64,000 bases of DNA from Octopus bimaculoides. Lineage: Eukaryota. The notes beneath the pieces are model-generated. The model searched no databases. It saw only the letters and a list, made by a program, of their open reading frames with translations, and had not been told where the DNA came from. Numbering within the stretch: the first letter of the stretch is position 1; every line of letters begins with the position of its first letter. Both the position numbers and the translations under genes were made by a program. This document shows positions 38,816 to 51,000 of this stretch, piece after piece. The stretch is from contig NC_068981.1 of NCBI RefSeq assembly GCF_001194135.2, forward strand, positions 131,841,338-131,905,337. Reading direction: 5' to 3'.

Positions 38816-41800
38816 AGACCCACCCACCACAATAAAATTGAGATCTTAAAACCAAGGTACCATGTAAAAAGCATTGGTGAGGGTGCTTGTACCATATAAA
38901 AAGTGCTGGTGCCACAAACAAAGCACCGAGTATACTCTGTGGAGTAGCTGGTATTAAGAAGAGCATCCAGTCATATAAACCAAGCCGAAACAGACTGTAG
39001 AACCTGGTGACCCCTCACCTTACCAGTTCCTGTCAAGCCATCTAACCCATACCACCATGGAAAACATGTTCAGAGGGATCAGCTATATGAATTGACAGTA
39101 CCTTGATAGATAATGCAATTAAGGTTATGAAGACAGGGAAAGCCCCTAACCCATCAGGAGTCACTGCTGAGATGCTTAAAATATCTGACGGTATAGGCTA
39201 TAGTCTAGTCAACCATATAGTCAACTAAGTGATACATGAAAGAGTCATACCCAATGTCTGGTGTAGCAGGGCTATAGTCAACTGCTACAAAGATAAAGGT
39301 GATGCATTAGATAAGAATAATTACAGAGGTATCAAATTGTTGGATCAGGTGATGAAAGTCATGGAGAGGGTCATAGCCCAACTAATTAGGGAGAGAGTTA
39401 GTTTAGACGAGATGCAATTTGGGTTTGTGCTAGGGAGAAGCACCACTGTTGCTATATTTCTGGTAAGACAGCGTAGGTAGAAACTCCATAAGATGTACCC
39501 AGTGTAAGGTATGGACACATAAGAGATGTAGGAATATCAAAGGAAGGTTAACTGGGAAGATAGGTTTTGTGCATGTTAGATGCACAGGGGCAATAAACAA
39601 CGAAGATGTACAGCAAACAGATTCCATCACATGCCAGGGGGGAAAACTAGAAGTAGTAGATAGCTTCCGTTACCTAGATGACCAAGTTAGTAGTGGAGGT
39701 GGGTGCTCTGAGAGCATAGCTGCTAGAATAAGAATAGCCTGGGCAAAGTTTAGAGATCTCCTACCTCTGCTGGTAACAAAGGGCCTCTCGCTCAGAGTGA
39801 AAGGTAGACTGTATGATGCACATGTACGAACAACCATGCTACACGGCAGTGAAATATGGGCTGTGACTGCTGAGGACATGCGTAAGCTTGAAAGAAATGA
39901 AGCTAGTATGCTCTGTTGGATGTGTAATGTCAGTGTGCATACCTGACAAAGTCTAAGCACCCTGAGAGAAAAGTTGAACCTAAGAAGCATCAGATGTGGT
40001 GTGAAAGAGAGACGACTGCACTGGTATGGTCATGTGTTGCGTATGGATGAGGATAGCTGTGTGAAGAAGTGTCACACCCTAACAGTGGAAGAGGCAGACC
40101 CAGGAAGCCAAGTGAGATCATAGCTGTGGTCAATGCCAATGCATAACTGGCCTGTTTAAAAATACCCTTCAATCGTCAGACAGTATGCTGTGCTTGAGAA
40201 GACCTGTTGAATCAAGTGAAATCATTGTTGTACCCAATGCTTGTGCTGCCTGACTGGCACCCGTGTCAGTGGCATGTAAAAAGCACCATTCGAGCGTGAT
40301 CAGTGCCAGTGCTGCCTGAATGACCCCCTTGCTAGGGACACATAAAAAGCACCTACTACACTGTCAAAATCCAGCTGTAGAAACCTTGCCAGATCAGATT
40401 GGAGCCTGGTGCAGCCTCCTGACTTGCCAGCAAGGAAAGCGGACGTTAAACGACAATGATGATGATGATGAAAAGGTGCAAGCTTTTTATATATATATTA
40501 GAATGCTGAACAAAATACTTGGCAGTATTTTGTCCATCTTTATGTTTTGAGATCGAATACCACTGATGTTAACTTGGCTTTTCATCCTTTTGGGATCAAT
40601 AAAATAAGTCCCTCTTCAGCACTGGAGTCAATGTAATTGACTGACCCCACTTCCCCAAAAATTTCAAGCCTTGTATCTATCATAGAAAGGAATCTTAATG
40701 TAAAAATTCTTGATATAAAAAAAATGTTCAGTTTATAAAATGATTCAAGGTTCAAGACTTTGGTCTCTCCTTTTTACATAAATGAAATCCTTACAAACCC
40801 AAATTTGGATCAACAATTTAATATAATTGTATCCTCAGTGAAAGTGATAGTCAAAAACTTTTTGAAAAACTGAACAATGAATTAACCCTTTAACATTTTA
40901 TCCAGCCCAAATATTTTACCTGTTTTGTGTTAAAACTGACCAGATCCAACCTCTTGCACCTACCCTACAATGTTATTCTAAAAATATACAAACACACCAT
41001 TGAAACCTTGAAGCTACGAGATATAATGCGTGATTAGCTCAAACCATTGTGAATGAATAAGCATTACCTTTGACAGGGAAATCTGAATGCTAAAGAGTTA
41101 ATCAATGAAGCAGACTAGCTTAATTCAAACACCAACTAAAATATTACAGTACCAAATATTGCTTGCTTGACTCAAGCAGTAGTACTACTGATTCTACGTC
41201 ATCATCAAGCATATAGAAAAAACAGTTTGTAAAATGTTTGCTTTCGAAAATTGTAGAAAATAACTGAAATATAGATTGTGCAACATCAATTCTATAATGT
41301 TTTATCAATAAGATGAAAAAATTTATTGTACACTGACTTTCTTCTCTTATTGTGCAGATCAAGAAGAAACAGAAAAGGTCGACCAACACCATGGCTTAGT
41401 ACACCTAAAGATAATTGGCCACCTTACGTAAAGACAGGTATATAATTCAGTATTTTTCTAATTATAAAACAGATGGGTATTTTGAAAATACCTCATGGAG
41501 TGACAATCATGCTCTGCATAGTTACGGGTTGCCCTTTGGCAAGACATAGCACCTGTTCAGCCACCCTGCCAGGGTACAGCGAAGTCATGGGACTGCAGCA
41601 TGGCAGATTGTGAAGAGGCAGTGGAAAAACTCAACTGAGCCAATGGTGCTTCTTACATTGATGCTGATTGGAGGAACCCTAGAAGGTCAATGGTCAGGAT
41701 CACCAGGCTTTATCAAGAGAGTAACTGCACCGCCATAGGAGTGGCATTCATGGTTGTGTATTCCGCTAATGAATGATTCACTATGACTCAAGCTCCACAT

Positions 41801-44800
41801 TCAAATTCATAATAATGGAGTTCAATGTTGGCAGAGAGTAAGGAATCTATAAAAGCAGCTTGACTGAATAAAATAGATACAGTCATGACATCAGCTTTTC
41901 AGAACCTTTGGTTCCAAAGCCTTTCTGAATTATTGATTTTTTCCAAAGCAGGTGTGGTCACTTTGGTCAACTCTAAACTAAACAAATGTTAAATACACTT
42001 AGATAATTAAATGAAATACAGCTACCTGTATGTTAGTATAAATGATACGTGTTTATTATTACTGTACTGTGCATGATACCGGTAAACTAGTTTGGTGGTT
42101 GTAGTAATTTGAAGTTCTTGCTCATAAATTAGTGCAAATTATAAGAGGTCCTGGATGACCAGTGTTTGGAAAGGTGGCATTGTACCTGTATTTCAATCCT
42201 GTGATGGTAGTTCTTGATTAAAAAAACGATTTCTATAGTTCTAATGCTATATTTACAAAAATTTAGTATACTAATAGATCTGACATGCTTTTTATTAAAA
42301 AAAAAATGGGACACTATCTGATCTAACATTTTTGACAGTAAAATATGTTACCAGGAATCCTAACAATCTGATTATAGAAATATTAATACTTTTAATTCTA
42401 TTAATCTGGGGTACTTGCAGCAATCCATTGCCAGGAAAACAAGATGGGTTAAAAAGTCATTGAATCTATCAAAGAGTACTTTGAAATACTAATTCTTTGA
42501 ATTTATTTGGAATGTTCAGAAATAAATAGCCAAATTTTTTTCTAATGCAATTTCTTGTGGAACCAAAAATGATTCTTGCACAATAGAGATACTAGATGGA
42601 AGTAGATGAAACATTATCATAGGAAGAGGAAATTTCCCAAATCAGTCTTATTTTATGCTTCATGCAAAACTAAACGTATGAGGAGTCACCTTTTTTCCTA
42701 TATATTAATGTCCTCATAAATATATAGGAAATTTTTCATTTTGCTTCTTAGCATGTATTTATGAATTCCAGCCTTGCTGCAACAGTCATTGTAAACGTAC
42801 TTTCTGATATTTAGTTACCTTCTGCATTAAAATTTTTTTTGCGGCTAAAATATGATTTCATCTTGTTGACATCAATAAAGCAAGTACTAGTCAATTCCTG
42901 GGCTTGATATCTAATAGACTCTTCAAGTGTGCCAGCACGGCTACGTTTAATATCTGAAAGTAGTAAAAGAATATAATATTTAAAACTTGGTGTACACATT
43001 AAATTAAAATTGCCATCTGAGTGTCATATTAAATGTATACAGACTGTTAGAAGATATGATGCTGCAGAATTGTCTGAGATAAAATCTCTTCAGTTTCACA
43101 GCATCATGATGTGTATTCATTTAGTATGATCAGATACAGATGACAATTTTAATTTAATGCTTTTCAATTTTTCTACTACCATGCAAGCTTCTGCAATACC
43201 AGTGAATGTTTTATTCAGGTTTTATTCCTATATGTATATCAAGGCACACATTTTGTTTAAACAGATGACAAGTGCACAGCATAACAAGCCTTGTGAGAGG
43301 CAAATGCATCTGTTATTGTCATTAATCACTACAGTGACAAAGTTTGTCTCATTGCAATATATATTGTATTTTTAACACAACAAATCTATGAAGAGATTTT
43401 TATCTCAAACCAATCCACAGTATCATACCTTCTAATGGTATGATACTGTAATGGTATATATATACACATTTTGTATGATAAGTAAATTTTAATTTCTAAA
43501 CTCTCTTTTGTTTACTATAACATTTTATTTTTATTCCTGATGGTGATACTTTTCTTATATACGGTATACAGGTTTATCAATGTCTTTGGTGAAGACAGCT
43601 GATGATGGTAGCCAGCAGATGTTTACATTTGAGCACAATCATCAATATCAAGAAATTCAGTTCAAATTCTATGATGCTGTTGAATCATTAAACACAAACA
43701 CTATTGCTGTATGTATACCATTGTGCGTTTATATTTGTTTGTTTGATTAGCCCTGATTAAGTAGACCAACAATGAAAGACATTCTAGTTAGTCTGTTTTG
43801 TCTTTTCAGACATAATCTGTCTTATACTAAGATGCTGAGTTCACTTAACTGTAGAATCTATTTATGTACTTTTTTTGTTCCTTTAAATGTTTTTCCATGC
43901 TTGCATGAGTTGGATGAATATGTTTGTTGAAGCCAAGGTAATTTTTTTTTTACAGCTGGATGCCTTGTATGAATAAGAAGGGAATTCCTGAAGGCTGATG
44001 TTCTGGAGGAATAATTTGGCATAGGGAGGAATAATTTGGCATAGGGAGGAATAATTTTGGCATAGGGAGGAATAATTTGGCTGATGTTCTGGAGGAATAA
44101 TTTGACGTAGAGTATGGAAGTCAATATGGGTGACAAAAGGAGTAGAGTTGAATGAGCCTAGATAGTAGTTGTACAAAACCCATCAGATCTGAGGAGCAAT
44201 GGCTATTGTAGTTGTAGACCAGATGTTGGACTCTGTTGGAGAGCAATTCCTTGCCAATCAGTTAGATTTTTTTTAAAGCAATCTACAATACTTGTATGTA
44301 TAATAGCAACATGTTTTCAGTCGTGGCAGAATCTTTCACTTTGGGCTTAACTTGAATTCTGTAGAGAGTAACTGTTGAGAGTCAAGGCATTTTCTAGCTA
44401 TAAAGTGGAAAGCCAGACTTTGGGCTGCAGGATTTCTTTTGCAATACTATTTATGTGAAATCACCAGAGAGCTCATAAATGATTGTAAGATCTAGCATTT
44501 TAGTTGCATATGTTTCTGACATATTTATTACATGACATGTGAGATAAATAGTATCACTGCTTGAACCAAGTAAGTGATGTTTATTTGAATTAAGATAGTC
44601 TGCTACATTCGTTGATTCACTGTTCAGTTTTTTTCAAAAAGTGTTTTATCATCCTTTTCACTGAGAATACATTTAGTTGTGTTATCATTAAAGTGAAGTA
44701 GATGTACATTTGTGGTCGTATGTGTTTCATCATCATTTTAATGCCTACTTTTCCATATTTGCATGGATCAGCCAGATGGAATTTGTTGAGACAGGTTTTC

Positions 44801-47800
44801 TTTTGTTGAGTGCCCTTCTTGTTGCCAACCCTTACCTGTTTCCAAGTACGGTAATATTTCCCTATGACCAGTCATGTTTTCATGGAATATTGAAAATGAA
44901 GGACACCTCTTTTACAACTATCACACACAATGTCCATGCAAAGAGACAGTAGTATACATACACACACACAATGAGATTCTTTCAGTTACTGCCTACCAAA
45001 TCCACTCAAAGGTTTGGTTGGCTTGGGACTATAATAGAAGACACTTGCCCTTGGGACTGAACCTATAGTTGGGAAGCAAACTTCAACCAGCTAGCCACCC
45101 TTGTGCTTACCCACACAGCCATGGCTGTACCTACTTTGTTTCTACAAATTGTGAATATGAATAGCTTCAGTATTGAAACCTGGATGATGTTGTATTAGTT
45201 TCTAGATCTCTTACATTAACCATTTCTAGACACTGCATCTTATCCATTAATCAACTTTAAAATTACATACTTACTTTGTATACTGGGGGTGTAATTTTTA
45301 TTTAGCATCAAAAGCTTCTTTGTAGGTCTAGAAATAAATATTGCAGAAGTAATTTGGGGCAGTGTTCTGCTACAATATTAATGGTTAGCTAGTCAAAAGT
45401 ATCTTTCCATGTCTAAAAACAGTATGGTGTGATTTGAGAGCAATTTCACTGATATTTTGGAGGTTTGTTTTTGTGTATCTATGTATGTGTATGAAAGTTT
45501 CACATGTCCCATTTGTTTAAGGTTTGACTATATTTTCTAAAAGTAATTTCATATAGAATCTATACACATACCTGTCTGTGTGCACACACATATCAGCCAT
45601 TTTATCACTTAAAATATTGTATAAATTCTTTCCTTTATACCCTTTTGAAAACAATTTTTTTCCAAGTTGTGCAATATTATTTATTTAAACTAAGAAATAA
45701 TCTTTTAAGGTTTGTATTTGATTTGTTTAATAAAATTCAAGTAATGGCTCTTTTATGATATTAGCTTTTCCTTAACTAGTGGTATTTTTTTTCTCTAGTT
45801 AAGAATATTTTGCCTAAGTTTGACCATTTTTAGACTTGGACATCCTAGTTTATCTTTAGATTGTGGTGGGGCAACATTTAGAGTCCTTATTTCACATCAG
45901 GATGTGTGGATATATAGCTTCTAGATTCTTCTACCTATGCATGTTATATAAATGGATTGTGTCTATCTTCATAAATCTGATTATATTTCACAAATTTTCA
46001 AATTTTGTTTTGATCTCAGGATATTCTCCAAGACCATCCGTATCATATTGACAGTCTTATTCAGTTCAGTGAAATCTGTAAAAATGGAGAGGACCTCAAC
46101 AGAGCTAAAGAATTAATAGGTATTTATTGATAAATTCCGTTTTTTCTATTCTGCCAAATTCAACATAATTTTAAATTTTGTATTGAATTCCTTTCCATCT
46201 TGTTTTGAAACGTTTAGAATTTTAATAAAACTTAAGTAAATTATATAATATTTACATAGCAATGACTATATAAGAGATGTGTTCGGAGGTGAGAATGGGT
46301 TAGATAGGTGCTGATGGAGGGACAAAAACCCAGAAACATGGCATATACACCCATTACCAATTTTTGTCTTCGACCTCATTGTTTGTTTACATCTGACGTC
46401 TCAATATGAAACATTGTAGCAAAAAATCAGTGCTGGCTATAATTTCTATTGAACATAATTTCTATCGGTGAGGCCCAATGTTGGTGAGGCACGACCTTCG
46501 AACATTAGGCCTCACCGAGGCGATGGCTTCTGACCGAGACCTTTGGAAATAAGCTGTGCGTGAGAAGACCCGGCAAGCCAAGTGAGACCTAAATCCAAGG
46601 CCTCTGCCAGGGGTGTAGCCAGCCCACTTATGCGTACCTTCCTTCATTGGACACTAAACTCCGCTTGTGAAGACCNNNNNNNNNNNNNNNNNNNNNNNNN
46701 NNNNNNNNNNNNNNNNNNNNNNNNNNNNNNNNNNNNNNNNNNNNNNNNNNNNNNNNNNNNNNNNNNNNNNNNNNNNNNNNNNNNNNNNNNNNNNNNNNNN
46801 NNNNNNNNNNNNNNNNNNNNNNNNNNNNNNNNNNNNNNNNNNNNNNNNNNNNNNNNNNNNNNNNNNNNNNNNNNNNNNNNNNNNNNNNNNNNNNNNNNNN
46901 NNNNNNNNNNNNNNNNNNNNNNNNNNNNNNNNNNNNNNNNNNNNNNNNNNNNNNNNNNNNNNNNNNNNNNNNNNNNNNNNNNNNNNNNNNNNNNNNNNNN
47001 NNNNNNNNNNNNNNNTGCCTTCCTAGCACGTGTTAAAACATTCAAGTGAGATCCTTGCCAGCGCCACTGGGCTGGCTCCTGTGCAGGTAGCACATAAAAT
47101 ACACCATTTTGAGCGTAGCTGTTGCCAGTACTGCCTGACTGGCCTTCGTGCCGGTGGCACGTAAAAGCACCCACTACACTCTCGGAGTGGTTGACATTAG
47201 GAAAAGCATCCAGCTGTAGAAACTCTGCCAAATCAGATTGGAGCTTGGTGTAGCCATCTGGTTCACCAGTCCTCAGTCAAATCGTCCAACCCATGCTAGC
47301 ATGGAAAGCGGACGTTAAACGATAATGATGATGATGATCTGTAGAAATAACCTCGACAAATTATATAAGATATATGCGTGTGTATGGTTATGTAGTCAAG
47401 TAGTTCACTTCACAACCATATATGGTATTGTTTTTGATACAACTATAGAGAACCTAAAGTAAGTGGCTTCTAAAATAGACCCAAGTAAACCAAGACTTGA
47501 AAGTAAAAGCTGAAATTGTGTAGAAACATCAGATGTCTTGACATATCTGTGTGCGTGTGTGTGTTATATGTTAAATAGATGTACAACTGCTAATGTTATG
47601 TTTAGAATTCCACAGAAATTTTCATAATCCAGTTTGCGTTCTGTATAATAGTTGTTAATTATCTATCATATCATATATGAACTGAAGAGAAAATGTTGGT
47701 AAAATAGGGATAAACACAAGTTCCATAAAGTATATGAATGCATGTATATATATTCTTTTATTCTTTTACTTGCTTCAGTCATTTGGCTGTGACCATGCTG

Positions 47801-47960
47801 GACCACTGCTTTTAGTCAAAGAAATCGACCTCAGGACTTACTCTATGTTAGCCTAGTACTTATTCTATTGGTCTCCTTTTGCTGAACTGCTAAGTTTCAG
47901 GGACGTGAACACACCAACATAGGTTGTCAAGCAATGGTTGGGGGACAAACACACACACAG

Positions 47961-48010
<50 letters not shown>

Positions 48011-51000
48011 GTCAGCCCGAGGGTATTGTAGAAGAAACTGGTCCAAGGTGCCATGCAGTGGGACTGAACCCAGAACCATGTGGTTGAGAAGCAGGCTTCT
48101 TACCACACAGCCAAACCTGCACCTATATATGTATTCAAATATATGTATACATTTTTCAGACTCTTTTAGAGTAGAATATTTATGATCATAAAAATATTTT
48201 CCAGTCTATATTTAATTTGGCTTCATAATTGTTTTCTTTTTACTTATTTTTCAGAAAGAGCTCTCTTTTCTTTTGAGATGTCATTTCACCCACTGTTCAG
48301 CCTAACTAAAGGAAATTGTTTACTGGATTTTCGGCGCCAAGAGAACAGAGCATTTTATACTGCTCTTTTCAAGCACATTTTTTATCTTGGCAGTAAAGGT
48401 TGCAACAGAACTGCACTTGAATACTGTAAACTTCTACTTAGGTATAAAGATTCACTGTTATGTTTTTGACACTTATTTGCCAAAAAGATGAACATTCATC
48501 ACTTGCATGTTCATCTTATTTTGGTAGAAAAATGATTCAAATATCCAGTTTTGTACAAGTAAATTCAAAGACTGAGTTTTGGAATTTACTTTTTATTAGT
48601 ATTGCTAGCTAGACAATAATCTTGAGAATTTCCTATATTGGTACAAGTCCACTCATTTTTAATTAACTGAACATGGCTCAGAAGTTAGAGCATCAGACTC
48701 ACAATCATGCGGTAGTGAGTTCAATTCCTGGACTGGGTTGTGTGTTGTATTCTTGAGCAAGACACTTTATTTCACATTGCTCCAGTTCACTGAGCTGTAG
48801 GAATGAGTTGCAATGTCACAGGTGCCAAGCTGTATTGACCTTTGCCTTTCCCTTGGATAACATCCGATGGTATGGAGAGGGGTAACTGTTATGGAGGGGC
48901 AACTACTGGTCTTCTATAAACGACCTTGCCCAGACTAATGCCTTGGAGGGAAAATTCTAAGTGCAATCCCATGGTCATTCATGACTGAAGGGGGTCTTTT
49001 TTTTTCTTTTTTTTCACTCCATTACATGTTTGGTATTTACTTTATCATCTGTGGAAGGATGAAAGAAAAGATGATCTCAGAGAGCTTTGAACTTAATGCA
49101 GAGGCTGAAACTAAATGCTTCATTCTTAATGATATACTAGAGCTGGTTTTAGCGACAAGATCAGTGGTTCTTAACTGGGATCCATAAGACTCTTAGTGGT
49201 CCAAAGAATTTTATAAACAAGGAATGGCTATGGTGTCGAGTAAAGTAAAATAAGAATCAAAGGGGTCTATAAACCAAAAATGGTTGAAAACCACTGAACT
49301 AGATCTGCAACTGAGACAGATTTAATCTTTTGCTTAATCAAAAGAAATCAATATTACTTTGTATTTGGCTTTGTCTATACTGCAAGAAGTAAACCCCTAA
49401 CTAATCAAGGCTACATCTCTGCTTCAAGTTTCACCTCATCTTCCAATATATAAATTCTTTGTGCCTTGTCAAAAAGAAATTAATATGTTTAATTAAACAT
49501 CTCCAATGGCAAAGACATCAAAATAATTACAACTGTAGCTGTAACTGTAACATGGCCAATAGACAGTGTTGTTTGAATGATAGATGTAGTGTTTTGTGGA
49601 TTATATTCCAAGTTAACCATTTCAAGTGTACAAGGATATAGGTCACAGCAGTGTCCTATATTTGGACATTTTGTTCAAATTTTTGTAGTTTTCTTTACCT
49701 TTGGAACACCTATGGTTTGGTAAAATATATTACTCAACTAAACTGATCTATTCTCTCTTCTTCACTCTCTCTCTCACTCACATGTGCACACACACACACA
49801 CACACACAAAGATATCTATTCAAGTATACACATTTATTCTTATTTTAGTAGAAAATATTTACACTCCAAAAGATACACTCGTATGTGCTGCTACAAAAGC
49901 CTATAAGAAGTACACTGATTCATATTGTATAATATATATATATTTATTTATTTATGTGTTTCAGCCAAGTGGCTGCGGTCATGCTGGTGCACCACCGTGA
50001 CCATATATATATATATTTGGCAGGAATGGCAACAAAAAAAAGAAAGAGACCTCGATATTATGCAAATAGAGGAATGCATCTGTAAAGATATGTGACACTT
50101 ATTCAGCAGCCATGATAAAACTCCGAGTTTCCAACGCCAACATCTCTTCAGTTATCCAGCTTTCAAAAGAATCTCCGGTAACTGGATAACTGAAGAGATG
50201 TTGGAGTGAACCCCCCGCCCTGGCATCGGAAACTCGGAGTTTTATCATGGCTGCTGAATAAGTGTCACATATCTTTACAGATATATATATATATATACAT
50301 AATGGACTCACTTGTTGGAGGTGATGTATGAGTGTTCGGCTTTTGCTGAATGACCTGCACAAATGATTTGTTTATAGTGATCAAATGTTCGTGCTGCACA
50401 TTAGCTCATTCTCTCCATCAAATCGACATTGCCTGAGCAGGTACACAGTGTATTATGCGTCAGGTGTCAAAGTGATTGCAGAGCAACATGAAATGAAGTG
50501 GTGTTGTTCAAGAAGACAATGCAGCACCTGGTCTAGGAATTGAAACCATGATCTCGTGGTTGTGAGTGCAACACCCTAACCACTTGGCCATATGTCCTCA
50601 TGATATACACACACACACACACATGATGTACACACAATGCATGCAATCTCATATTTACAATTATATACACACAGTAACACATACACACATGTTCAAGATG
50701 ATATATATGTACACATGGAGCCTGATCTATGTACACTCTTACAGATGAATATATAAACAACAGCATATCCTAGTCAAATCAAACTAAGCATTCTATATCT
50801 GCCCTAAATTTAAGCAGGTTTTGTCATAGTCTTGACGTTCTTTTTTTTTCATGTATATTATTTCAGCCTTGACCCTGACAATGACCCTCTCTGTGTTTTA
50901 CTCTTCATTGACTACTATGCACTCAGAGCAGAAGAGTTCTCATTTCTGATAAGGTTCTATGAAGAGCAAGAGGTCAGTTGGAATAAAATATTTTTTTCTA

